From the human T2T-CHM13v2.0 reference genome, Homo sapiens, in NCBI RefSeq assembly GCF_009914755.1, contig NC_060941.1: a DNA stretch of 64,000 nucleotides; one strand, written 5' to 3'. The notes beneath the pieces were generated by a model, which saw only the letters and a program-made list of their open reading frames with translations, did not search any database and was not told where the DNA came from. The stretch's first letter is position 1, and every line of letters begins with the position of its first letter. A program made the translations under genes and the position numbers. Of this stretch, positions 1 through 14,756 are shown piece after piece.

Positions 1-3000
1 TTTGAAATGTGTATAAGTTAGATAATAAGTGTGTATGCTTTTCTGTTCATCTTATTTCTGTCAACATTAGCTTTGTGAGATTCATCCACACTATTGTATG
101 CAGTTGAAGTTAATTTGTTTTTGGGCAGGAGCTCATGAAGAGATCAAACATTATTTGAAGAGCACTGACTTGTCATTTTCGCAAGAGCGTCCTTTGTTCT
201 GGCAGCATGTCTGAGAGCAAGCAGTCCTTTTTGCATTTGTGTAATTTATACCTCCTTAACAAAATATATATTTTTTGATTATAGTGGGCTTTGAAGGTAT
301 GCAAGAGAAAGAGATTAACTACAGCTTCTCTTAGAAGGAAGTCCTAAATTGAGTTTCACATTTTTGCTCCTCTTCCACAACCCCTCTCTTCTACTATACC
401 TCTCTTTTTATATGCCCTCCCCCACCATACACACACATTGTGGAAAGGAAGTTCAATAGGTTTGCCATTTCCTCTGGGAGCCCACAAAATAAGAAAGATG
501 AAAGCAGATTAGGGAGGTACATCAGGGAAGATGGCAAAGTAGGGTGCTCAAAGAATGGTCCCTCCACTGAAATGGCCATAGTTGGCAAAAAAAAAAATGA
601 CAGAAGCAACTTCTTTTAGAATTCTGGATTCTAATAAAAGAATCGCAACAACCAGGAGAGTCCTTGGCAAAATACAAAAAAATAAAAAAGTAAGTGAATT
701 TTAACGAAGAGTACTGTGGCATTGTTGCTTGCCTGCCTACCATTCTTAGTTCCCTAGTACTGTGGCAGCAGTCATGATGATTACAACTCACATTCCTGGT
801 ATGTCTTGCTGGTGTGAAGAAGATAATATTGACCTACTCTTTAAATTTCAGTGGTTATGCACTTTTACCTGTTTGGCAGTCCTGTTTTGACACACTTCCT
901 CAGGCTGGATCTGGCTTTTGGGAGGCATCAGCAATGGTCTCTGCAGAAAGATTTAAAACATACACTACCAATGCCCACCTGGATCAATGGATGACAAAGC
1001 AAGCAGCAGGCAAATGCAAGAGCACAGGAAAGAGAAGGCTAGTGAGGGAGGTTCTTGAGCGAACACAGGTTTAGAAAAGCCTTTGAATGTACTGAGGAAG
1101 ATAGAGCACATCATGTAAGGCCAGGACTGGATTCATACTCAGATAAAATCTGAGAAGATCTTGACTTGCACTTCTGACAAATTATGAGCTTCCTGCAAGC
1201 AGGAGGTGAAGGGTAAGGTAGAGTTGTAGGAAGCCTGACTTAACAGTGAAGGAGTGCCTCAGCTAAGAGTCAAAATATAAAGATTGAGAGAGGAATAACT
1301 TTTTTTTTCTTTTTGGCTCTAGATAATCAAATTTCTATAAAGTCATTTGTTGATTGCTGGGATAATTTAACAGCGACCTCAGTGAACACATGTGACAAGA
1401 ATTACAGTCTTCAGAAAAAATGGTTTGAAAAACATGACCAAACAGATGGCCATAGCCCTTAACAATCAACATCAGAAAACCATAGGGAAAATGGGTAATT
1501 TGAATCACAGGGTCACTAAATTATAATATTAAACATTTCCATTTTTCAACAAAAACAAATTACAAGGCACACAAAGAAGCAAGAAAATACGGTCCATTCA
1601 GATGAAAAACCAAATTGATAGGTGCTTTCCCTGAGGAAGCCCAGACATTGAACTTATTAGACAAAGACTCATTGATCAAATTGTCTTAAATATATTCAAA
1701 GTACTACAGGAAAGCATGGACAAACAAATAAAACCAGGAAAATGATGTATTAAAAAATACAGAGTATCCATAGATAAAGAAGAAAGATAAATAAAGGTAA
1801 ATAAGGATTATGAAGAGATAGAGTATAAGAATGAATCTGTAACTGAAAGTCACAGTAACTAAAATGAAAAATTCACTAGAAGGGTTTTATAGCAGATTTG
1901 AGAAAACAGGAGAAAGAATGCAAAAACTAGGAAAAAAAGACAACTGGATTTATTCGTGTTCAAAAGCAGAAAGAAAAACTAATTTAAAAAATGAACAGAA
2001 TGTAAGGGGCCAATGGAACACTTATCAAGCATACTAAGATATGCACTATGAAAGTCCCAGAGAGAGAAGAAAGATACAAAGGTGAAGAAAAAAAATGGCA
2101 GAAATAATGGCAGGAAACCTTCTCAAATTTGGTGAAATACATAAAGCAACACATTCAAAAAGCTCAATGAACTCTAAGTAAAATCAACTCAAATCTATAC
2201 CAGAACACATTATAATTAAACTGTCAAAGCCAAACACAAAAAGACAATCTTAAAATCAAAAGAGAAGTGAATTGTCACATATAAAGGATCCTCAATACAA
2301 TCAATAGACAATTTTACAGTAGAAGCCATGGAGGCAAGATGGCAGTGGATAAAATATTGAAAGTACTGAAAGAAAAAAATTAACCAAGGATTCTATACTG
2401 GCAAAACTGTCCTTTTAAAAATGATGGAGAAATTAAGATATTCCTAGATAAACAGAAGCTGAGGAAGTTAGTCACTAGCAGACCTGCCTTATTAAAAAAT
2501 GCTGAAGGAAGTTCTTCAGGTTGAACTGAAAAGACTCTAGTAACTTGAACTCATCTAAAGAAATAAGGAACTCTGGTAAAGATAACTACGTAGGTAAATG
2601 TAAAAATTAATACTATTATTAGCTTGTAACGCCTCTCTTTGTTTCCTATGTGTTTTAAAAGAAAAATGCATTCAACAGAATATTAAGAGGATTCTATGCC
2701 GTGACCAAGAAGAGTGTACATCAGGAAAACAAGAGTAGTTCAAAAAGGAAATTAGTCAATACACCACATTAATAGAACAAAAATTAATTAGTCTCAACTG
2801 ATGTAGCAAGAGCATTTAATTAAAACCAATGCCCTCTATAATTAAAAAAGCAATCAGAAAACTACAGATAGAAGGGACCTTGTTTAATATGATAAAGAGT
2901 ATTTATCAAAACTTGCTGGCTAACATCATATCCAATGATGAAAGACTGAAATTTCCACCTAAGATCAAGAACAAGAAAAAGATTCCCACTTTCACCACTG

Positions 3001-3463
3001 TCATTCAACATGCACTAGAAGTTCTAGCCAGAACAATTAAGCAATAAAAATAATAATGAGTTATTCAAATTAGAAAGTGAGAAGTGAAACTATCTCTATT
3101 CTCAAATGACATGATTTATATAAAGAAAATACAAATTCACACACACACACGAACTACAAGAACTAACAAGCAAATTCAGCAAAAAGCTTCAGGCTACAGG
3201 ATCAACACACAAAATCAATTGTGTTTCTATACACCAGCAATGAATAATGGAAAAGTAGAATTCTTTAAAATCTAATTACAACGTCACCCAAAAGAATAAA
3301 ATTCCCTTGAATAAATTAACCAAAGGTGTAAAAGACTTGTATGATAAATACTACAAACTTTTGCCAATAGAAAGTAAAGAAGATCTAACTAATGGAAAAA
3401 TGTCATGTGTTCATGGATTAGAAAAGTAAATACTCTCAAAATGAGACTTATTACCCAAAGTAA

Positions 3464-3915
<452 letters not shown>

Positions 3916-4100
3916 GATTTACCAGAATCTTTATCAAAATTCCAGTGGTCTTTTTTTCAGAAATGGAAAACCTAATCCTCAAATTTATAGGCAATTGAAA
4001 AGCATCTCAAATAGTCAAAACAATCTTGACAAAGAAAAACAAATTTGGAGGACTCATACTTCTCAATTTCAAAACTTACTACAAAGCTATAGCAATCAAA

Positions 4101-4620
4101 CAATGAAATAGTATACAGCCTTTGCAAAGAAGGAAATTCTGTCACTCACGAAAACTGGATGAAACTGGAAGACATCATGCTAAGTGAAATAAGCCAGGCA
4201 TAGAAAGACAAACTGTGTAATCCCCTTATATGTAGAATCCAAAAAAGTCAGTCTCATAGAAACATAATAAAAAGGTGGTTACCAGAGGCTGGGGATAGAG
4301 TGGCAGAGCGGGGGTGACTAAGGAAAAAAGAGATGCTGAACAAAGGGTACAAAGTTTTAGTTAGACTGAGGAGTAAGTTTTAGTGATCTATTGCTCTGCA
4401 CGGTGACCACAGTTAATAATGACGTATTATCTATTTCAAATTGCTGAAAGAATAGATTTTTAATGTCCTCACCACAAAAAAAATTATAAGTTGAGGAGGT
4501 GATAGATATGTTAATTAGCTTGATTGAATCTCTTCACAATGTATGCATAGATCAAAACATCACATTGTACCCCATAAATATGCACAACTATTATTTGTAA
4601 ATTGAAAATAAATTACAAAA
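4101..4620 (+). mobile_element. 5'-truncated L1MA-type 3' end nested in the older L1
   Basis: GAAGGAAATTCTGTCA...TGCTAAGTGAAATAAGCCAGGCA...CACATTGTACCCCATAAATATG. The host L1 ORF2 resumes at AAACAGTGTG (~4620). Degenerate duplication AAACAATG / AAACAGTG. Confidence 0.8.
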
Positions 4621-5488
4621 AACAGTGTGCTGCTTGCGTAAGAATAGACATATAAACCAATGGAGTATAATTCAGATTCCAGAAATAGACTCATATGACT
4701 ATGGCCAATTGATGTTTTACAAGAATGCTAAGACCATTGACTGAGAAAAGAACAGTCCCTTCAGCAAATGGTGCTGGGACAATTGGACATCCACATGCAA
4801 AAGAATAAAGTTAGACTCCACTCTTGGATTGTTTCATAACATACAAAAATTCACTCAAAATGGAACAATGACCTAAATACAAAGACTAAAACCATCAAAC
4901 CCTTAGGGCAACATAAGGATAAATCTTCATAGCATTGGGTTTAGCCATGGATTCTTATATATGACACCAAAAGTACAAGCAATGAAAGAAAAAAATAGAT
5001 AAATTTGACTTTATCAAATTAAAAAATATTTGCTTGATAAGGGTCTAGTATCCAGAATTCATAAGGAATTTTTATAGCTCAACAATGTAAAAACAAACAG
5101 CTTAATTTAAAAATGGGCCAATGACTTAAATAAGCATTCTCCAAAGAAGGTGTACAAATGGCCAGAAATCACATGAAAAGATGCTCAATACTACTAGTAG
5201 GTAACAAGATGAATATCAGAACTATACTGAGATGCCACTAGGATGTACAATACATTTAGGTGCCATACCCATGAGGATGGCTATAACAAAACAAAAAAAA
5301 ATAGGAAAATAACAAATGTTGGCAAAGATGCAGAAAAATAGGAACCCTCATACATTGCAGTGGGAAGGTAAAATGGTTCGGCAACTGTGGGAAATAATTT
5401 GGCAGTTCCTCAAAAAGTTAAACATAGAATTACTGTATGACCCAGCAATTCCATTCCTTGATAAATTACCAAAAGAACTAAAGACAGG

Positions 5489-5795
5489 GGCCGGGTGTGG
5501 TGGCTCACACCTGTAATCCCAGCACTTTGGGAGGCCGAGGCGGGCAGATCTCTTGAAGCCAGGAGTTTGAGATCAGCCTGGGCAATATGGCAAAAGCCCA
5601 TCTCTACTAAAAATACAAAAAAATAATAATTTAGCTGGGCATGGTGGTGCACACCTGTGATCCCAGCTACTCAGGAGGCTGACTCATGAGAGTCTTTTGA
5701 ACCTGGGAGGTAGAGGTTGCAGTGAGCCGAGATCACACAACTGCTCTCCAGCCTGGGTGACAAACCAAGACTCCATCTCAAAATAAATAAATAAA
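5489..5795 (+). mobile_element. Alu (AluS/J-type) inserted in the L1 3' region
   Basis: GGCCGGGTGTGGTGGCTCAC start, dimer structure, (AAAT)n tail. Confidence 0.95.
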
Positions 5796-7819
5796 CCCAA
5801 ATAAATACTTATACAGGAATGTTCATAGTGTCACTGTTCACAGTAGTGGAAAACAATAGCCAAAAGTTGAAGACAATCTAAATGCCCATCAAGAAAAGAA
5901 TGAATATATACACTATGGTATATACAATGGAATATTATTTGGCCATATAAATAAATGAAATGCAGATACATTCTACAACATGGATGAAACTCAAAAACAC
6001 TGTCTTGTGTGACAGAAGCCAGATACAGAAGGTCACAGGTTTTATAACTTTATTTATAGGAAATATCCAGAATAGATAAACACATTCTAGAAATCAGATT
6101 GGTGATTGCCAAGATCTTAAGAGTGAGGAAGCAGTGGAGATAAACTCCTTCATGGGTATGAGACTTTATCTGGGGGTGATGAAAATATTTTAGGATTAGA
6201 TAGAGGTGATGGTTGCACAATATTGTAAAAGTACTAATTGTCACTGACTCGTTCTCTTTAAAATGGTTAAATTTATGTTACATGAATTTCCCCTAGATTA
6301 AACAACAACAACAAAATAATCTCCGTTCATCAGGATGTCAAATATCACAAGGGTTCTCACCATTGTTCCCCATCTTCAGAGGCGATTTCTAGGGTCAAAG
6401 GGCTGTGGGAGCCGATGCATGATGGGAAATTAAAGTGAGTCTCCCCCGGCTCAAGTGTGAATGCTAATGAAATAAAGTGTGTATTGGCCTATTTTTTTCC
6501 CCTCATGGAGACATGTGGAAAAACACAAATGTACCCTCAGAGTTCTTTATCTGCTTTACTTGTACTCAAGGGAGCGTTCTCATTACATTGGGTTTGAAGA
6601 GATAAAACTAATAACAAAGAAAAATGAGAAGAGGCTGGCTAGGAAAGACTCTTCTTTGAAGTAAGCCAGTCCATCCTAAGTTCATAGGCAGTTTCCATTC
6701 CTGGTGGGTGAGTGGCAAAGAAGAATTTGATAATTAAACGATGAGGAAAAACATAAAATATTTTTTCACAGCCAATGATGTCATTCTTCCTTGAAATACT
6801 GCCTCCACAGATCAAAGATAAACAAACAGCCCAGGGGTGGGAAGGAGGCATGGGCAGAAACCGGGAATAAAATGCACCCTTAAAGCCAAAAGTATCTTTT
6901 CTCTCCTCCTTCTAAAAGCCAGAGCCTTCCATTTGGAATATAAATGTTTTTTAAAACTCTTGATAATTACAAATGTAAAGGAGAGAAAAGAGCTTTCTTC
7001 GCAGTGGGGTTTCTTATCTACACTGACCTCTAGTTCCTACAGATGGGGATGTGGGCCCCAATTCTCAGGATTTTAGAAAAGAATGTGTTAAAACGGGGGT
7101 GGGTGTGGGTGAGAGGAAGCTGAAATGTGTGCGGATGGTTTAACATGCAAATGTCCTCACTTTCTTTTAGGTGGAGGATCAAGGTTTGGCTATTTTCAAC
7201 TTCTTTTCCACTCCCCCTCTCTTCCCATCCCAGTTTAGTTGCAAGAGAACTGTGAATGTGACAAGGGCTTTGTGTAGGGAATTCAGGCGAATGAAAGGAC
7301 CAAGGAGACCCAGTTGAGGGAACAAACTTTTGAGGGTCAGTGGGGTCAGCTTAGAATAAATGTGTAGCATTGTTGGTATTAAGGACATACTCTCAGCAGG
7401 GTGTCCTGAGCCGGGCACACAACGTGCAGGCCTGTTTATTCAACACTGAAATACCTACGGATGGGTCTTGGGGAGAAAAGGGAAACTTCAGCAGCAAAAG
7501 CCTGCACCTTTCAGTATCAGAGCATTCCCCAGAAGCACAAAGTCCTGCTTTTTTTCCCTTCTAATCACAGAGAAGAAAGTGCCTGTGCATAACCCAAAAT
7601 TAATTGATTAATTAACCAATGCATTAAAAGAAGAGCTTCCCTTAGCAATTTTTTTCTTTCTTTCTTTCTCTCTCTTACTTTTTTTCCCTCTTCCACACAT
7701 GGACAATCCAGGTCATTGAAAGCCTAAGATAGAAACAGTTTCTTAACAGTGTTTGAAAACAGCCTTTGTTTCCATGGAAGTGGCACAGGCCCTCTGTGGT
7801 TTCTTTCCAGAAAACATTT

Positions 7820-7912
7820 ACCTACCTCAGAGGGGTTTTTTGTGAGGATTAAATGAGAGAAAGTGCTTAACACACTCTGAGTACATCGTTAGAGCTAAAT
7901 AAATATTAGTAG
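7820..7912 (+). mobile_element. MIR 3' fragment
   Basis: CCTACCTCAGAGGG...GTGAGGATTAAATGAGA...AATAAATATTAG matches the MIR core/3' part. Confidence 0.7.
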
Positions 7913-9604
7913 TTGTTCGTATGTATTGCTCTTACGCGGCTCAGTCATGAAGAGGTCAGGGAGGAAGATGGGAGGATGCAAGTTGAGCTGTCCCAGCTGA
8001 GGTGGAATCAGAATCAGATTAGAGAGGATGCGGAGGGGGAGAGGCTGGGCTCACTGGTGAGGATGCAATTCTTAGGCAATTCAAAGGTGGAGAGGGGAGT
8101 TGTCCAAAACCAGAGTTAAAGAGTGACTCAGAAGATTAAGGAAGAAATTCACCTGAGGACTCTCTCTCAGGAATTTTTTAAAAGGCATATGAATTTGCCT
8201 AGATCTGGCTTGGGGCAACAAGATTAAAATACATGAAATATTAAAGAAGTGAATGCTAAATTATTTTTTGCAGACCTCCTGAATTTTAGGATACCAGAGG
8301 AGAAGATGGACAAGATTAACACATGAAAATGATTTCAAAGCTATTAAGAGTGAAAGAAAGACACGATGTTGACAGGAGTTTAATGAAAGGAGAAATTAAC
8401 ATTGGCAGACATGGACAGAAGTAGCACCTGAGAGGAGGTGGTTTGTGATGGAGGCAGTCTCACGGGCAGGAAGAGATGGGCTAACACCATGGAAGACATT
8501 AAGTATTGACTTTGAATTACAGAAAGCAAGATTTCAGGAAGTTGAATTTGGGGGTAGAGCACAGGATGCTTTAGCATTTCAAGAGTGTGCTAGCAGGGAG
8601 ATCAGCTAAAAATCTATGGCCATGGTCTGTATGTAAGGCAGTGTGGTGGTAGTGGTCAGGTGTGTGCATTTGCATGAGTGTTTATGGACTGAAGAGATTA
8701 CAGTAGTGTTGGAGAAAGAGGTTAGAGAAAGAATGTTCGAGAAAATATTCAACAGAGGTGACGGGAAAAAGAAACAAGATAACTCCAAGTTTTCTGTCAT
8801 AGGAAACTATAGAATAGGGACATCATTGGAATAATGTGAAATTTGGAGAAAGTCCCTGTATTAAAGATGAAGTTCATTTTAATTTAACTCATGGAATTAG
8901 AGGTGATAAATATTGGATAGGTAGTATTGGGAAGAGGAGGAATCCATTATACTGCAGGAGGGAAAAAATACCCAGGTTTGGGAAGTGGGAATGAAATGTA
9001 TTATTGGTAAATTGAAGGAAGATGGTACAGGTTATTAATAAGACCTCTTGGAAAAACCAGAGGAGGAAGCTGCAAAATGTTTCTATTCTTAAAACTTTGG
9101 TGTGAATGCAGTGACTCAAGAATGGAGACAAAATGCAAATATTTGTCACCAAGAGCCCACCTTGCATGCATTGTCTTGGGTACCTTCAACACAGCCCCTT
9201 CTAATGATGGGAAGAGTCCCACGCAAATGACATAAAGAGTCATGAAAGAAATTACAGTCCAGCTAATCCAGCTAATTCCACCTTGGGGAGACATTATGTG
9301 GGGATTAGAGATTGTACCACATACTAAAAATGAGACTATGAGGAGAATTTGAACTTTGTGTACAGAAGGAAAAATTGGTCCTGTTTATTTAGATATATGA
9401 TAGGTTTTACTGGCCTATTATATTCCTATTGACCTTGGCTATGGCCACTCCAAATAAATAAACTCATGTACATTTTTATATCTATATTGCCTCATCAGAT
9501 GCCATCATTACAGTGAAAAAAGCCCTAGAAAGGAAGATGAGCAAGTCGACCCAAAGGCATTAGGTTATTAGAAGTGCTACTAGAGGGCGTGAGTCAATAG
9601 TTAG

Positions 9605-9700
9605 GTTTAATGCCTCCTGAGGGCAGATAACTGAGTCTGAGGCATTTTAGTGCTCAGAACAGTGCCTGGCAAAAAGAATGTGCTCATTAAATAAGTGAGC
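9605..9700 (+). mobile_element. L2 3'-end fragment
   Basis: CTCCTGAGGGCAG...AACAGTGCCTGGCA...GTGCTCATTAAATA. Confidence 0.6.
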
Positions 9701-11179
9701 GGAAGTTTAAAATCTGGGCACTGGCTCCAAAATGAGCAATACAAGAGAGAAGCATGCTGCCAGGCCATCATTTCTACTATAACTGGTGCAGTCACACAAG
9801 CAATAGTCTACAGTATCCATGTGGCTAAATAAGAACCTAGTGTCAAATGGTTTCCAGTCCATAGAAAGATGATGGACAGTGGACTACGTTCATCACCTTG
9901 GCTGTTGGGGCTAAGGTAGGGTAAAGAAGTATGGAGGTATAAGATAGAAGGATAGCTAGGATCTGATGTTGAGTGTGTCCGTTGTAGACACTCTTTCCAG
10001 TGTGCTGGGTCAAAAAAATGAATTACTTGTGCCAATGAATAAATAAACCCTGTGTTACCTACATTGCTTATCATTAACTCTCCCCCTGTGATTCCCTTGC
10101 CTTGGCATCCATTAGTTCAGCTATTTAGCAAATATTAATGGCACTCCTATGTAGCAGGAATGTGGTGTTAGTGATGCAATACCAATAAAATGCAGAATTG
10201 TGCCTGTTGAGAGATACAACAAGTAGATACTGTGGCAAGTGCTCTAATCTAAAGAATCACAGGATGTCATGGGCACCCATAGAACAGGCAGTTATGCCAG
10301 GCGTCAGCGTTCCTGTCCCTCCTCTCACCATTTTAATCTCTGTATCTGTTGCTGTACAGAAGGCAGTGACAGCTGTTTTATTGTCAGTGTGGTAAGAAAA
10401 CTCGAGAGACACAGATCTCACAAGTGTCCCCATCAGAGGAAAGGTGAAAGCAAAGAACTGTAGAGCTAAAAAGTCCTCTCTTCGAATGTCCTCCCTAAAA
10501 CCTTGCCAGCAAACGAAGCTTTTGCTGCAAACCCAGGAAGAAAAGCAGCATCACAATTTTCAGGGCAACCTTCTGCTAACAATACAGCTGCTGGGGCTCA
10601 GCCAAGTCCCAGAGTGGCTGCCCAGCCAAGTCCATGATTAATGATGTCATAGCAAGCAAGATGAGGCCTCAATTGAATGAGCCTTGGCTTTTAACAAAAG
10701 CCTTGACTAAGCAGTAAACTGACCAGAGGGATAACCAACTGTGGAATGCCCCAAATGTCACTGACATGGAGTGTAAACAGGAATCAAAAAAGAATACCAA
10801 TCCAGGGTTGTAGGCAGATGCAGAATTTGATGGGAGAGAAATGGCACCATTATTTGGGGATGTCTAAATTTGTGTCTTTCATTGTATATGGAGAGTACAT
10901 AGCTAGGGTAGTCTCATTTTTCAGATGCAGAAAACTAAGGCCCAGGTGTTAAGAGAAATATTCTTGAACACAGTAAGTTGGTGATAAAACCAAGATTGGA
11001 TCCCGGGCTCTCTCTACTATCCCACACAGTTTTCATAAAGCTCAGCAATATCTTATATCCAAGCAACACTATTTGCTTCCTAAGTCTGGAAACTCCTCAG
11101 AGGCATGAGTAACTAGCTTTTCCATTCATCATTGGTTGCTAAATTTCATCAAGTAAAATTTGTTTTGTTTTGTTTTTTT

Positions 11180-11590
11180 TCAAGGAGGAGTCATGGGTAC
11201 AATACTTTCTAAGTTGTTTTGTGTTTGAGAATGACTGCATGCTACCTACACTCCTGAACAACTTAGCTGGGTATAATAGTGTTGGGTCGTGCTTCCTTCT
11301 CTTAGACTTGTAGACACTACTCCATTTTCTTACAGTGTTGAAATGGTCTTTGTGGAGAAACCTGAGACCTACATGATAATTTTCTGCTTTAAAGAAGGCA
11401 TAAGTTTTTTTCTAGTTTTTCTTTAGCCTTGACTTTCATTAGCATAACCTGAATATATCTACTGTTGGTAGCATTTGTCACTACTTTCCTGAAAGTGATT
11501 TATTCAATCTGGAGATTCAGTTCTTCATTTTAATTAAATTTCCATTTTTTAATTTTGACCTGTATTTTCTATTCTATTACTGGGGCTCTT
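11180..11590 (-). mobile_element. Ancient L1M/HAL1-like fragment
   Basis: T-rich antisense LINE-like sequence (TTAGCTGGGTATAATAGTGTTGGGTC...CCATTTTCTT). Confidence 0.45.
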
Positions 11591-12289
11591 AAAGAATAGC
11601 AATGACCTCTTCCAGCTCTGGGGCCCTATGAAGAATAGAATCAATGGGGGCCTGGTCATTAGTCTTTGTAAAGCGTGGCCAGTAGGGCTGGGTAAGTATT
11701 CCACCTGCCTTCCTTTCTGTCAGAGGCCACCCCATAGTGGAACCTTTTATTATAAATACACATCTTGTGAGTGATATCAGAAACAAGTTGAAGAGAAGGG
11801 CCAGAACCAATGTGACAACAGAAGTCATTTCTTAGTAACTTTTGCTAAGGATGAAACAATTTTCTGGCAAGTTAAAGGAAATTTAGACAATGTGAGTTAT
11901 GTTTTTTTTTTTTATTTTCCTTCAATGAGAATTTTAAACTAAGTTATTTCAGAGAATGAAGCAATGTTGACCTTGTCTACTACCCTATAACCAGTGTTCA
12001 ACACTGGTCTTGACAGTTTAAGCACCTAATATTTGCTAAATAAATAACCAAAAGTAGTAAACTTGAACTGATGAGTGTTAGAGCTTGAAAATAAAGAAAT
12101 GCAATATCTTCTATCACCATGAAGTCTCTATTGCCAACAGTGTAACCAACATGCACACTTCAGTCTGAATGACTCATGTGTTTTTAGTTTGTTTAACTGT
12201 GAGATCACTAGTGACCCCTTAAAATTTTTTGGCTTCCGTAAATCCCTAAAGAGTCAGTGCTTGTAGAAAGAGACATTCTGGTGGCTCAC

Positions 12290-12535
12290 AGCATTGTAGT
12301 ATGGGGAAACGCTGTGAAGTAGTGGAGGGCACTAGGACCACATTTGAATCATGACTTCACCATCTAAGTGGCCTGAGATAGTAGCCCTAAATTTCGTTGA
12401 GCCTTGGTGTTCTTATCTGCAAAATGGAAAACTAATTCCTTATAAGACTGTTGTGAGAATTAGATAAAACCAGTTATAGGAAGCATCTAGAATGGCACCT
12501 AGCACAGAACAAGCATTCAGTCAATGGTGTCTATT
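12290..12535 (+). mobile_element. MIR
   Basis: TTTGAATCATGACTTCACCA...TCTTATCTGCAAAATGG...TTGTGAGAATTAGAT...CCTAGCACAG. Confidence 0.75.
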
Positions 12536-13419
12536 AGTCCTAATTATTAGGAATAATAATAATATTAGACACCATTGATACCCAAGTCTAATAATAATAT
12601 TCACCTTACTGAGTATTCAGTTGTACCTCTGCTCCTTGACGTGGGTTGAAGAGAGAGAGGGCAGAAATCGTGATGGCTGTACAGTTACATGCAGTGGAAT
12701 TCCTTTCTTTTTGACCCTCCCAAACTCCTCTTAACACCTAATTTCGCCCCACCAATTGTAGCACAAGTCTGAGATACGGAGCAGAGAGAAGGGCCTTGCT
12801 CGTTCTTCCAAAAGAAACAACATTAGGTTTTATTTTAAGAGACACGAAGGAAATTTATTAAACTTGTCCTCCCAGAGGATCTAATAATTTTAATGAGTGG
12901 GCAGACCTCATCACATACCTTGGATATCCCAAGATGTTTCACAGTCCCATGAGACTAACTGATTAAGTTGCTTTTGCTCATTCCCTTAAAGTCAATTTCC
13001 AGATAATATCCTAACTCATCACCCACAACTCGTCTATGCCCTCCATGTGACTCTGCTCCATAGAGTTTTATGGCGGAAATAACCTTAGTGAGGGACTTCT
13101 GGAGTCCCAAGGGAGAGTCAGCAAAGGCAGGTGATTTGTGCTTATTACGCAGCCAGACCAGATTTGTCTACATGTTGAGGAGGAGGTGGGTACACCCCAA
13201 AGCCATTCAAACCTTAGAGTTAGCAACAACTGCAGCCTGCAGCCCACTCAAAGAAAAGAAACCTCCAAAGGCCGTGAAGACATTGAACTCCCTCTGAAGA
13301 GAAAGTGGCTTGTGGATGCTGTATGACAACAGGCTTAAGGAAAGGTTCCCTACGCACAGCTCAGAGGAACATTTCTCTGTAGCCTGACTTGAGTACCTGT
13401 TCAGAGGGTTGGAGAGAAA

Positions 13420-13865
13420 ATAGTGAAAAAGGAAGATGAGGTCCCTGCTTTCATGAAATACACATTCTAGTCATGGGAGTGGGTTGAAAGACAAAAGTAA
13501 ACACAAAATTGAAAAAATTACCAGTGAGTTACAAGGGCGACATAAATAACACAAGTTGATGGAGTAAAGCATCAGTGGGTGACCACCTAGTTCCACTGGT
13601 CAGGGATGGCTTCATGGTGGAAGAGCTGATATTTGGAGGGGAAACACCCAGCCATGAGAAGATCTGAGGCAAGAAAACTGCAGGCAAAGGGAACAGCTTA
13701 TGTAAAGGTTTTACGGCAGGGATGAGTTTACAGTGTCAATGAAGGGCACTAGTTCAGGGGGTCAAAGTACAGGCAGAATTTGGTGCAGATCAGTCAGTAG
13801 CTAGGGGCTAGATCATGCAGGATTTTGTGTATCATGGTAACAGGTATGACTTTCCCTTTAAAACC
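13420..13865 (-). mobile_element. L2 fragment
   Basis: GTCCCTGCTTTCATGAA...GGTCAGGGATGGCTTC...CAGGCAAAGGGAACAGC...AGATCATGCAGG is typical antisense L2. Confidence 0.7.
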
Positions 13866-14737
13866 TTGTCTCCTAGAGGTGGCCTAGGGTAGAAAAAAGT
13901 GGAAAATATTAGCTCAGAAGGACAAAGGCATGCATGAGAAGTTAAGAAGGCAAAATGGGCTACATAAGCGAGAGCCAATCTAAACCCCAGTACTAAAGCC
14001 AATCCACGTGTATGCATTTGAGTTAAACCCTCTGAAAAATCTTCATAAATTAATCTCATTGCTCCAGTGGCTCTGACATTATGACCTGGGTTCCCGCAGG
14101 TACTGGTTACAGGGGATTTCCTACTCAGAAGTGTTAAATGCGTTTCCCATCCAAAGGATTAAATAAGTGGTTTTGGGTGCGTGGTCAGCAGTGGGTTTTG
14201 GTACCCACTGTTCTTCTTTAACTAACTGGGGATTCCTGGCGAAGACCTTTGCATCCTCTGGCATCAGTCTACTCATCTGTATACTGACCAGTGTTTACTA
14301 ATGATCACCGTTGTCTCTGCTAACAGTCTGAGGTTGTATAATTCATTGACATCTGGCATAAGTTCATAGGGATGAGTTAAAAAAACACATTTGGCATAAT
14401 CATATACAAGACCTTATAAATAGCTGAGAAAGCCGCATGCCAGTCGCCAAATTGCGATGGATGAACCAGGTAAACACAGTGCCAGAATTAATAACATCTT
14501 GTCTATAATTTATTCCAATTTTCTATGTGAAGGGAAAGCTGTGTTTTCCTCTCTTACACAGCCCCCCAAATCCCCACCACCCCGCAGGCAGGCATTTTCA
14601 TTTACACAATGCGAGACAATTGCAAAATGAAGAGACAATGGGTTTGCCCATTCTGTTAATTGGCAGCTTGAAAAAGTACAAGATAAATTTGGTGCCTGAG
14701 CGCATGGAGGGAAGTTTCTGAGAAGATTGCTGATGGT

Positions 14738-14756
14738 TAGGCGCCCTCTACTGGTA
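14738..14756 (-). promoter_or_regulatory. Candidate CTCF-binding site
   Basis: Minus strand reads CCAGTAGAGGGCGC (14754->14741), a full match to the CTCF core CCASYAGRKGGCRS, in non-repeat DNA that retains CpGs. Confidence 0.65.
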
